From: Hyphomicrobiales bacterium
GTDB lineage: Bacteria > Pseudomonadota > Alphaproteobacteria > Rhizobiales > JACESI01
Assembly: GCA_039964305.1 (NCBI GenBank)
Contig: JBDVXS010000103.1
Location: forward strand, 281-64,280
DNA length: 64,000 nucleotides
Direction of reading: 5' to 3'
Under the pieces are notes generated by a model, which ran no database searches, was not told the DNA's origin, and saw only the letters and a list, made by a program, of their open reading frames with translations. A program made the position numbers and the translations under genes. Below, in pieces: positions 1-8,509 of the stretch (its first letter is position 1; the number at the start of each line of letters is the position of its first letter).

Positions 1-414
1 CACGGTAATTCGGCCCCGCTGATTGATCGCGCCCATGCGATCCGGCGGGCCGTTTTTATTGATGAGCAGCAAATCACCGAAGAGGAAGAATGGGATGAGC
101 TTGATCAAGAGGCCATCCACTTCGTTGGTTTTGATGCCCGCGAAGATGTTGCAACTGGCCGCATGGTTGTGACAGACGGGATTGCGAAGCTTCAGCGCAT
201 TGCAGTTGTAAAACACGCCCGCGGGCGCAATCTTGGCCTCGATTTAATCAAAGCAATGATGGATGTTGCTGAGAAGGAATGTGCGGCTCACACTTTTAAA
301 TTGAGCGCGCAAACCTATGCCATACCGTTTTATGAGAGGCTTGGATTCGTTGCCTATGGCGAAGACTATGACGACGCTGGTATCCCGCATCGCGATATGA
401 AAAGAGCCATATAA
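1..414 (+). CDS. GNAT family N-acetyltransferase (ElaA/YjcF-like), 5'-truncated by the window edge
   Basis: Frame is open from base 1 (HGNSAPLIDRAHAIRRAVFIDEQQITEEEEWDELD...). Acetyl-CoA motif (ARGRNLG) and C-terminal AQTYAIPFYERLGF...DAGIPH are typical of ElaA/YjcF. Confidence 0.85.
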   Translation, partial: HGNSAPLIDRAHAIRRAVFIDEQQITEEEEWDELDQEAIHFVGFDAREDVATGRMVVTDGIAKLQRIAVVKHARGRNLGLDLIKAMMDVAEKECAAHTFKLSAQTYAIPFYERLGFVAYGEDYDDAGIPHRDMKRAI

Positions 415-585
415 CGGTTGTAAGGGTGAAAATTGTCCCCTTTTCACAGGATTATGATGCGACTTGATAACTAAATCTGCTCTATTTCCTTCTAAACGCA
501 ACTTTTCATTACTATCTGCCTATATAGTGAAATTAATAAAATTCGGCCCTTCTACAGAAGGGCAAAGACATTCAGGAGAAATATT

Positions 586-1611
586 GTGCTGATTAAACGT
601 CGCAAGAGCTGGGAAATTCCAGAAAATCAGGCAACGCCCGAAAGCGCTTATTTAAACCGTCGGCAATTGGTTGCCGCAGGTGGTTTGGCTGCAGGTAGCT
701 TGGTCTTGCCAGAGACAGCGCGCGCGCAGAACACGTTTGAAAGTGTTCTCGGTTCTATCTTCGGCAGTAGCGAAGAAAAGGAACCTGCTGCTAAACAGGT
801 CGACCCAAGCGCTAAGCTTTATCCAGCTAAACGCAACGAGAAGTATAAGCTTGATCGCCCGTTAACCCCGCAAGATGTGAATGAGTCCTACAACAACTTT
901 TACGAGTTCGGTTCTCACAAACGCATTGCACGCGCATCACAAGCTCTCAAAATTCGTCCTTGGACAGTTGTGATTGACGGTATGGTTGATCGTCAGCGTT
1001 TCTTCTCTATCGATGATTTATTGGCCGAAGTGCAGTTGGAAGAGCGTCTTTACCGCCATCGCTGTGTTGAAGCATGGTCTATGACGATACCGTGGTCTGG
1101 CTTCCCAATGTCAGAGATTGTGCGTCTTGCTAATCCGCTTTCTAAAGCAAAATATATCCGCATGGAAACCTTCCACGATCCAGAAATGGCAAGTGGTCAG
1201 CGCGCAACTTTCCAGCCTTGGCCCTATGTTGAAGGCCTCACAATCGCAGAAGCGATGAATGAGCTTACCTTCATGGCAACAGGTGCTTACGGCAAGCCAA
1301 TCGCAAAACAACATGGCGCGCCTTTGCGTCTTGCTGTGCCGTGGAAATATGGCTTCAAGTCAATCAAGTCCATCGTGAAGTTTACGTTCACAGATGTACA
1401 GCCAGTGAGCTTCTGGGAAACTTTGCAAGCACGTGAATATGGCTTCTGGGCCAACGTTAATCCAGATGTGCCTCACGCCCGCTGGAGCCAAGCAAAAGAA
1501 CGTGTGCTTCAAACTGGTGAGTTTGTTCCAACACAACTCTTCAACGGTTATGGTGAGCAAGTGGCTGATCTTTATAAGGACATTCCAAAGAGCGAACGTC
1601 TGTTTACTTAA
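586..1611 (+). CDS. msrP: Protein-methionine-sulfoxide reductase catalytic subunit MsrP (YedY), Tat-exported molybdoenzyme
   Basis: Twin-arginine signal (LNRRQLV). Motifs YNNFYEFG, RHRCVEAWSM (Mo-ligating Cys), GAPLRLAVPWKYGFKSIKSI and EYGFWANVNP. AGGAG RBS before the GTG start. Confidence 0.95.
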   Translation: MLIKRRKSWEIPENQATPESAYLNRRQLVAAGGLAAGSLVLPETARAQNTFESVLGSIFGSSEEKEPAAKQVDPSAKLYPAKRNEKYKLDRPLTPQDVNESYNNFYEFGSHKRIARASQALKIRPWTVVIDGMVDRQRFFSIDDLLAEVQLEERLYRHRCVEAWSMTIPWSGFPMSEIVRLANPLSKAKYIRMETFHDPEMASGQRATFQPWPYVEGLTIAEAMNELTFMATGAYGKPIAKQHGAPLRLAVPWKYGFKSIKSIVKFTFTDVQPVSFWETLQAREYGFWANVNPDVPHARWSQAKERVLQTGEFVPTQLFNGYGEQVADLYKDIPKSERLFT

Positions 1612-1633
1612 ACGCCGCCACAATCAAACAATT

Positions 1634-1660
1634 AAACCGCCCCTTTGTGGGCGGTTTTTT
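1634..1660 (+). terminator. Rho-independent terminator after msrP
   Basis: aaaccgccc-ctttgt-gggcggttt followed by a T-run. Confidence 0.85.
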
Positions 1661-1878
1661 GTTGGGTAAATTCCATTCAAGGACCGCCTTAAAGACATAC
1701 CTAAGCTTTTGTCGGATTTTGAAGGAATTTATAAAGAATATCAACAGCACCCAGAAACGCAAAGAGGTAAGTAATGAGCTTTTAGCTCACCAGAAAAACC
1801 TGCTTATTGCTTTATGTATCTTGTTGGTGCTGCAATTGGTTTCGAAATTTGAGGTTGCGGATCTAACTCTGTTATCGT

Positions 1879-2769
1879 CTAAAACTGCCACTTTTGCGCT
1901 TCTGAAACGAGGAAATCGCGGAAGGCTTGAACGCGGGCGGAGTTGCGTAGGTCTTCTGTGTAGACGAAATAGGTGTCGAAGGACGGCACGCTTTCTTCCA
2001 CAGGCAGCTGCACGAGGCCCGGCTCTTTATCCACCACATAGTCTGGAAGGAGTGCGATGCCAACGCCGCGCTGGGCTGCGTTTTTCATGGCGTATACATT
2101 GTTGACTTCAAGCGTTGACGTGCGTTCTGTTTTGCCACCCATGCCTGCGCGTAAAATCCAGTTCAGTTCTTTGAGATGATCTGGATAATTGCGCCCGAAT
2201 GAGATGATGCGATGATTATCGAGGTCTTTGGTGTCTTTCAACGGGCCGAAGCGCTTTAGATAATCTTGCGAGGCATAAAGGTGAAAATGCACAATGAAGA
2301 GCTTGCGCTGAATGAGGTCTGGCTGGGTTGGCGCATGCAAGCGGATTGCGACATCTGATTCACGCATGTTGAGATCAAGCTCACTGTCTGAGAGCTGCAT
2401 TTGCAATTTGATGTCGGGGTAGAGGTCGGTGAAGTTATTGATACGTGAGGTAAGCCACGTGCTGCCAAGGCCGATTGTCGTATTGACCCGCAACGAACCG
2501 CTTGGCCGTTCCTTGGAGTCTGTCAGCCGCACCATGGCGGCTTCAAGTTTCATCAAAACATCATGGGCTGTTCGATAAAGATCGTCGCCTTGCTCGGTTA
2601 AGATCAAACCGCGGGCATGGCGATGGAAGAGGGTGACGCCCAAATCATATTCAAGCGCACTTACCTGACGGCTAACAGCCGACTGGCTCAGGTTTAATGT
2701 TTCACCTGCATGGGTGAAACTGCCCGCATCTGCTGCGGCGTGAAATATCCTGAGTTTATCCCAATCCAT
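1879..2769 (-). CDS. lsrB: LysR-family transcriptional regulator, LsrB/VtlR type
   Basis: N-terminus MDWDKLRIFHAAADAGSFTHAG, HTH (SQSAVSRQVSALE) and C-terminal WQF. Lies directly downstream of trxB, as in rhizobia and Brucella. Confidence 0.85.
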   Translation of the reverse strand: MDWDKLRIFHAAADAGSFTHAGETLNLSQSAVSRQVSALEYDLGVTLFHRHARGLILTEQGDDLYRTAHDVLMKLEAAMVRLTDSKERPSGSLRVNTTIGLGSTWLTSRINNFTDLYPDIKLQMQLSDSELDLNMRESDVAIRLHAPTQPDLIQRKLFIVHFHLYASQDYLKRFGPLKDTKDLDNHRIISFGRNYPDHLKELNWILRAGMGGKTERTSTLEVNNVYAMKNAAQRGVGIALLPDYVVDKEPGLVQLPVEESVPSFDTYFVYTEDLRNSARVQAFRDFLVSEAQKWQF

Positions 2770-2789
2770 CTATAGGCCCGTCCGTTCGG

Positions 2790-3752
2790 TTACTCGGCAG
2801 CTTGTTTTGCTTGCTCTGCTTCATGCTCGGCAATGTATTTTTCAGCTTCTAGTGCTGCCATGCAGCCCATTCCAGCAGCGGTGACGGCTTGGCGATAAAT
2901 GTCGTCTGTTACATCGCCTGCGGCAAAAACGCCTGGAATATTGGTGGCAGTTGAATCCGGCGCTGTCCACATGTAGCCACTGTCGCGCATTTTAAGCGTG
3001 TATTTGAAAAGTTCCACCGCTGGCGCATGGCCAATCGCGACAAAAACACCGTCAACTTCAAGCGAGGATATTTCGTCGGTCTTGGTGTTCTTTACATTGA
3101 CACCCGTGACAGATGGCATTGGCTTTGTGTCGCCCGTAATTTCGTCAATTGCATGGTCCCAAAGGATTTCAACTTTTGGGTGAGCAAAGAGGCGTTCTTG
3201 CAAAATTTTCTCAGCGCGCAATTCATCGCGACGGTGAATAACGGTCACTTTTTCTGCAAGGTTAGCAAGATAGAGCGCTTCTTCCACAGCCGTGTTGCCG
3301 CCGCCGATGACAGCAACTTTTTTGCCGCGATAAAAGAAGCCGTCGCATGTGGCACAAGCAGAAACGCCAAAACCCATGAAGGTTTGTTCTGACTCTATAC
3401 CAAGCCATTTTGCTTTGGCGCCCGTGCAGATAACCACAGTGTCAGCTGTGTAGACTTCACCACCATCGCCAACGGCTTTGAAAGGGCGGCTTTCAAGGTC
3501 GACGCTTTGAATGGTATCGCTCACGAGTTTGGTGCCAACATTGACCGCTTGGTCGCGCATTTGTTCCATCAGCCATGGGCCTTGGATGGGGTCTGCAAAA
3601 CCTGGGTAGTTTTCCACTTCAGTGGTGATGGTCAATTGTCCGCCTTGTTCAAGGCCTGTTACCAAAACAGGCTCTAGCATGGCGCGGGCTGCGTAAACGG
3701 CTGCGGTATAACCGGCTGGACCGGATCCTATGATCAGGACTTTAGTGTGCAT
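2790..3752 (-). CDS. trxB: Thioredoxin-disulfide reductase
   Basis: GSGPAG FAD motif, CATCDG active site, GGGNTA NADPH motif, GVFAAGDV. Confidence 0.97.
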   Translation of the reverse strand: MHTKVLIIGSGPAGYTAAVYAARAMLEPVLVTGLEQGGQLTITTEVENYPGFADPIQGPWLMEQMRDQAVNVGTKLVSDTIQSVDLESRPFKAVGDGGEVYTADTVVICTGAKAKWLGIESEQTFMGFGVSACATCDGFFYRGKKVAVIGGGNTAVEEALYLANLAEKVTVIHRRDELRAEKILQERLFAHPKVEILWDHAIDEITGDTKPMPSVTGVNVKNTKTDEISSLEVDGVFVAIGHAPAVELFKYTLKMRDSGYMWTAPDSTATNIPGVFAAGDVTDDIYRQAVTAAGMGCMAALEAEKYIAEHEAEQAKQAAE

Positions 3753-3887
3753 CGATGATGTCCCTAGTAAGTAGCTTGGAAGTTACCCCTGATATTGCCA
3801 TTGAGAGGGTCGGGGTCAAGTAATGAGTTTTCAAACACACGAATCTTTGTGGATCGCCGTTGATAACCCGTCATTCAGTTGAAATAG

Positions 3888-4829
3888 CTATAGCTGAAAC
3901 GCTCGCTTTACAGCTTCGGCAATTGATGGCGTTTCATCAAAGCTTGGCCGCGCACCAACTTGAATGGGCTGGTCGCCTGCTGCGATTAGGTTCTGGTTTT
4001 TGAGTTGGCGAATGGTCCAGCTAAATTTGTCCGGATTGCCGGTCGGCTCAATAACGTGAACAGGAACACTGCTGGCCAGAGCTTCGCCAACCATGTTGTG
4101 ACTATCACCACTCACCAAAATAGCATCAGCCTCAGCCAACATATGAAAATAGGGGTTCACGCCAGAACCATCCCAGATGAAGCTTTCGGGGCAGGGGGTC
4201 GCCTCAATGACTGCTTTTAAGAATGTATCGGATGTTCTGCGAGAAGCGGTAATCATGGCCGCGTTAAAGCCCGTGGTTTCTCGTAGTTTCTTAGTGAAGG
4301 CCGCAATGGCAGTGTCATCATATGTAGCGTGCTTGCTATCGCCGCCCAAAATGACAGCAAGCTTTGGCCCGCTTAAGTTGGAAAGGCGCGGGTCAGGCGT
4401 CTGCTTGCACTGCTCTAGCCTTTCTTGAGAAACCAAATGCGGCGCGGTAAGCGTGGCAATGACATGGTCGCCAGAAAGCTTGTCATGGCTTGGTGCCCAA
4501 ATATGGGCAAAGGCCGAAACATCTCGCCCCGGCTCCTTCATAAACAAAACACGGGTGCGGCCTTTTGATTGGCGATATATGCGTTTTGCGTAGGGGTAGG
4601 ATTGTCGATTGGCCGCAATGACAATAGTCGGCAAGGGGCCTTCGAACTTGGTGAACTCGCGCGGGTCGGCTGGACCCCAAGGCATGAGGACCTTCCAAGG
4701 GTGTCGCGGTGAGACGTCGATTAGGTGGACATTATCGGATAAACGATGAGCAATAGCTTCGCATTGCACAACATCGCCGCGCCTGCCATCGGTGATAATC
4801 CAGATTGATGGCTGCGCGCCGTCTGTCAT
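3888..4829 (-). CDS. ELM1/GtrOC1 family protein (putative nucleotide-sugar-binding/glycosyltransferase-like)
   Basis: IWIITDGRRGD N-terminus, PxHD, LGGDSK, SRRT, NPYFHML and GDSHNMVGEA motifs. Conserved position next to greA in alphaproteobacteria. Confidence 0.85.
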   Translation of the reverse strand: MTDGAQPSIWIITDGRRGDVVQCEAIAHRLSDNVHLIDVSPRHPWKVLMPWGPADPREFTKFEGPLPTIVIAANRQSYPYAKRIYRQSKGRTRVLFMKEPGRDVSAFAHIWAPSHDKLSGDHVIATLTAPHLVSQERLEQCKQTPDPRLSNLSGPKLAVILGGDSKHATYDDTAIAAFTKKLRETTGFNAAMITASRRTSDTFLKAVIEATPCPESFIWDGSGVNPYFHMLAEADAILVSGDSHNMVGEALASSVPVHVIEPTGNPDKFSWTIRQLKNQNLIAAGDQPIQVGARPSFDETPSIAEAVKRAFQL

Positions 4830-4833
4830 GGCA

Positions 4834-5310
4834 CTAGACGTATTTTACGTCCAAAATCTCGTAAGCACGCGTTCCGCTAGGGGCTGCGACTTCGATACTG
4901 TCGCCTTCCTCTTTACCGATCATGGCGCGGGCAATGGGAGACGAGATTGAGATTTTACCGCTCTTAATGTCAGATTCTAAATCGCCGACGATCTGGTAGA
5001 TCTTCTCTTCGTCCGTATCTTCATCGACCATTTTCACCGTCGCGCCAAACTTGATATTGTCGCCAGTCATTTTTGTAGGATCGATTATTTCAGCACGGCC
5101 AAGCTTGTCTTCAAGCTCCATAACACGGCCTTCATTGTGGCTTTGGGCTTCTTTTGCTGCGTGATACTCAGCATTTTCAGAAAGATCGCCATGGGCGCGC
5201 GCTTCTTCGATCTCGCGGATGATTTTACCACGGATATTTTGCTGACGGTCTTTCAACTCATCTTCTAACGCTTTGTAGCCTGTGATGGTCATCGGCACTT
5301 TTTCGACCAT
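4834..5310 (-). CDS. greA: Transcription elongation factor GreA
   Basis: [18 protein letters not shown] motif and [10 protein letters not shown]. Start trimmed to the ATG of MVEKVPMT (158 aa). Confidence 0.97.
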   Translation of the reverse strand: MVEKVPMTITGYKALEDELKDRQQNIRGKIIREIEEARAHGDLSENAEYHAAKEAQSHNEGRVMELEDKLGRAEIIDPTKMTGDNIKFGATVKMVDEDTDEEKIYQIVGDLESDIKSGKISISSPIARAMIGKEEGDSIEVAAPSGTRAYEILDVKYV

Positions 5311-5352
5311 GGGAAACCTCTTTAAGTCCTGATCCACATCAATTGTGGACCA

Positions 5353-5390
5353 TAAAAAGCGCGGCTTCAATAAACATTCTGAAGCCGCGC
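5353..5390 (-). terminator. Intrinsic terminator-like hairpin in the greA leader
   Basis: On the minus strand: perfect 11-bp stem gcgcggcttca/tgaagccgcgc, 10-nt loop, then TTTTTA, about 43 nt before the greA ATG. Confidence 0.75.
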
Positions 5391-5408
5391 GGTGCTTGTT
5401 TCACTTTA

Positions 5409-5437
5409 ACTATAAGACGGGTTTGGGTTCTTGTGAA
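5409..5437 (-). promoter_or_regulatory. Putative sigma70 promoter for greA
   Basis: Minus strand TTCACA-N17-TATAGT. Confidence 0.65.
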
Positions 5438-5692
5438 GATAGAGAATTCCAAAACCGCCATCTTCAGTGGTTTGTTATTTATTTCAATTGTTTAGAAGGA
5501 GATGAATACTTTTGATATCACCTAAAAGTTAACTCATATACGGTGAAATACGCTTGTCAGGGTGGCAAATGGCTTTATGTTTGCGATGTAATCTTTTGAT
5601 ATAAATTTTTTATATATGATTATCTGCTCGTTAGTTGCGCGCATCAACTAAATTTTTGGGGCAGTTGAATAGTTTTTGGAGGGAAAATAACT

Positions 5693-6562
5693 ATGACGAC
5701 TAAATTTACTAAATTGATAACTTCAACTACAGCTGCATTGCTGTTCACAAGCCTTGGTACGAGCGTTACTTTGGCTGCTGGTAAGGTTGATGATGGCTAT
5801 ATCGCTAAGCAAAGAAGCACGCTTGCTGAAAGCACAAAAGGTAAAGGCTACGGCCCGCAATCTCCGCGTGATCTAGGCACATTGAAAGGCAGTAATTCAC
5901 GAGCCTTTGGTACTGCGCCTGCACATACAGCGATGAACCTTTGCAACATTCACTTCCATGAAAATGCTGAGCACAAGGGCGGTTCGTTCACTGCCTATGC
6001 AGGCAACGGCAATGGCAAAGGGGCTGGCACTGGTTTCAAATATAATGGAACATTGTCTGATGTAGAGCTTAAGCCTTACGGCAAGAAAGTTGGCGAAGGC
6101 AAATATGGCGACCTTCAACCTGGTGACACGATTGAAGTGCATTATGTTCATACAACGGCAAAAGTTTCCCCTGGTCCAACGCTTGGTTCATGCTTGAGTG
6201 AAGCAATCGGCAACCCGCAATTGCGTGTTGAGACACAGGTTTATGTGATCGTAAATGATGCAAGTGCTGCGAACTTTGTTGATCTTGCAAAAGTTGAAAA
6301 TGTTGACGGCCTTTATCAAGCGCCAAATATCCCAACGGATACAGGCGCACCGATTCAATATACTGGCTCAACAACGGGACCTGGTTACAATGAAAAAGGC
6401 TCTCCATTCCAAGTGAGTTGGAGTGTGCGTCCTGAGATCAAGAAAGTTACAATTGGCAGTCTTGATAGATGGCTAAGTGGCAACCGTTTCGAAGAAACAC
6501 ATGCCCACGGTGTTCGTAACTTGGTGACAAACCCCGATTTGATTTCCGATATTCTCAACTAG
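5693..6562 (+). CDS. Delta-class carbonic anhydrase-like protein, secreted
   Basis: Sec signal peptide. LCNIHFHENAEHKG and GDTIEVHYVHT carry the His triad characteristic of delta-CA (TWCA1-like). Also YTGSTTGP and HAHGVR. GGAGG RBS. Confidence 0.8.
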   Translation: MTTKFTKLITSTTAALLFTSLGTSVTLAAGKVDDGYIAKQRSTLAESTKGKGYGPQSPRDLGTLKGSNSRAFGTAPAHTAMNLCNIHFHENAEHKGGSFTAYAGNGNGKGAGTGFKYNGTLSDVELKPYGKKVGEGKYGDLQPGDTIEVHYVHTTAKVSPGPTLGSCLSEAIGNPQLRVETQVYVIVNDASAANFVDLAKVENVDGLYQAPNIPTDTGAPIQYTGSTTGPGYNEKGSPFQVSWSVRPEIKKVTIGSLDRWLSGNRFEETHAHGVRNLVTNPDLISDILN

Positions 6563-6587
6563 GGTATTTGGGTACAGTGAAGATTTT

Positions 6588-6612
6588 AAAGGCGGCGTAA
6601 GCCGCCTTTTTT
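6588..6612 (+). terminator. Rho-independent terminator after the delta-CA gene (possibly bidirectional)
   Basis: aaaggcggc-gtaa-gccgccttttttt. Confidence 0.85.
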
Positions 6613-6683
6613 ATGCCACTTGGAATGTTAGCGGGTATCGCTTGCAGATCGCTCAGTCGTTTCATCGAAGCTATTCACCCCGA

Positions 6684-7064
6684 CTAAGCATCGTTGCTCT
6701 TCTTGCTCAGATGAAGCAAGGCCAAAGCAATAGCGGATGGTACCAATTGGATAAGGCCGGGTTTAACCGCAACGGTTACAATGGCGCCAATTCCTGCAAT
6801 CGCCACGAAGGCGAGGAAGCATGTTGCAATGTTCTTTTGCCATTTCGCATCTTTAATCAGCAATGCCCACACAAGGCCAATGGCCAAGAACGCATTGTAA
6901 AGGCCTTGGTTCGCGGCCATTTGCACGGTCTGCTCAAATAATTCAGGCGGGAAGGCTTCGAAGACTTTTGGACCACGACTTGTCCATGCAAACATTTCAA
7001 ACCATGCAATATAAAAATGTAGCAATGCGATGAGCGCTACGAGTATGAGTGATATTTTTTTCAT
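6684..7064 (-). CDS. DUF1304-family membrane protein
   Basis: Four hydrophobic segments, LHFYIAWFEMFAW and the signature AANQGLYNAFLA. Confidence 0.85.
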   Translation of the reverse strand: MKKISLILVALIALLHFYIAWFEMFAWTSRGPKVFEAFPPELFEQTVQMAANQGLYNAFLAIGLVWALLIKDAKWQKNIATCFLAFVAIAGIGAIVTVAVKPGLIQLVPSAIALALLHLSKKSNDA

Positions 7065-7348
7065 GTTGGCTCGCTGGTTCTAAAAATATTAGTAAAATGG
7101 CCCGTCATGTTTTGAAGTTTGACGGTGAGGTATACGAAAAGGATCGGTTCATCTTACCGGCACCTTCGCGGTTAACCTGACAGAACACAATGAAAATTGG
7201 AAGACGAGCGATGCTGTGCGGAATTTATTGAGAAGATGATCAAATGTTTTTGCAATGATTTCAACGTTTTTGGGTGAGTGCGTCATTCATGGTGTTTTGA
7301 AGAATCGTTGTTTGCTGTTACACAAGCCTCTTGTGTAAGAGAGAATGT

Positions 7349-8410
7349 ATGACACGCCGAAAATTTCTTAAATTAAGCCTTCTTATTACGACTGCCTCTT
7401 TTGTGGGTGGGGGTGTTTCTACTGCCGTCGCAAAGGTGAAAAATATTTATTATAATGGGGTGCGTACGGACCATTTTGATGGTGTAAAGTTTTTCAATCC
7501 AGCAGGCACTAATCCGAAAGGATTGGGGGGGCTTTTAAGATGGAAATTGGGCAGCCGAGCAGCCAAATGGCCCTCTACTTACCCAAGTCCATTTGCGGGG
7601 ACTAAACCTGAAACCAGCGTCGATAATTTGGCCATCACCATGGTTGGTCATGCGACATTGCTTATTCAAATAAATGGTCTGAACTTCCTGACTGATCCCA
7701 TTTTTACTGAGCGCGCCAGTCCATTTTCTTTTGTCGGACCAAAGCGCATCGCCCCGCCCGGTGTGTCGTTGGAAGATTTGCCGAAGATTGATGGCGTATT
7801 GTTGAGCCATAATCACTATGATCATTTGGATAAAGAGAGCTTGAAGTGGTTGGTTGAAAACCACGACCCGCTCATTATCACCCCATTGGGCAATGATACG
7901 ATCATCCACAAGTCCATTCCCAAGGCCCGTGTGCAAACGGGTGATTGGGGAGATGTGGTGAAATTAGGTAAAGCTAAAATACATTTTGAACCAATGCATC
8001 ACTGGTCAGCGCGTAAAACCAGCGATCGCCGCATGGCCCTTTGGGCAGCGTTCGTTGTTGAAAGCAAGGCTGGCAAAGTTTACTTCGTTGGAGACACAGG
8101 GTTTCACGATGGGATTAATTTTAAAGCCGTTCGCAAGAAGCATGGCGGTTTTAAAGCGTCGATTGTGCCAATCGGTGCATATTCGCCCCGTTGGTTTATG
8201 AAAGATGTGCACCAAAACCCTGAAGAGGCTGTTCAGTCTCATATATTGTGTAACGCAGAAGTTTCTATCGCCCATCATTGGGGCATGTTCCAACTGACGA
8301 ATGAACCGATAGAAGAGCCAATTGAGCGATTGGCTGCGGCAAGGTCTGCGGCAGGTTTGAATGAAACGGCATTCTTGGCGTTAAAGCCTGGTGAAGCGTG
8401 GAACGCTTAA
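7349..8410 (+). CDS. MBL-fold metallohydrolase (NAPE-PLD/RomA-like), Tat-exported
   Basis: TRRKFL Tat motif, GHATLL, LTDPIF, SHNHYDHLD metal motif, HWSAR, GDTG, PIGAYSPRWFM and HHWGMFQL. Confidence 0.9.
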   Translation: MTRRKFLKLSLLITTASFVGGGVSTAVAKVKNIYYNGVRTDHFDGVKFFNPAGTNPKGLGGLLRWKLGSRAAKWPSTYPSPFAGTKPETSVDNLAITMVGHATLLIQINGLNFLTDPIFTERASPFSFVGPKRIAPPGVSLEDLPKIDGVLLSHNHYDHLDKESLKWLVENHDPLIITPLGNDTIIHKSIPKARVQTGDWGDVVKLGKAKIHFEPMHHWSARKTSDRRMALWAAFVVESKAGKVYFVGDTGFHDGINFKAVRKKHGGFKASIVPIGAYSPRWFMKDVHQNPEEAVQSHILCNAEVSIAHHWGMFQLTNEPIEEPIERLAAARSAAGLNETAFLALKPGEAWNA

Positions 8411-8509
8411 AACTTAGGGTCTTCAATCCTAGGGTTTGGACCTAAAGTTATAATCGCGGGAACACATGTTCCCCGCGAAATTGAATTGTGAAGCGCCTTA
8501 GGCGTCTAA

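Noticed and set aside
1661..1878. AbcR-type sRNA expected next to lsrB/vtlR
   Set aside because: I could not see the CU-rich anti-SD loops or a matching hairpin-terminator layout on either strand. It would need a covariance-model search.
1647..2105. 152-aa plus-strand ORF
   Set aside because: Starts inside the msrP terminator, overlaps lsrB antisense and shows no recognisable family.
7065..7348. Possible riboswitch in the DUF1304/MBL divergent intergenic region
   Set aside because: Only weak hairpins, with no conserved aptamer motif I can recognise.
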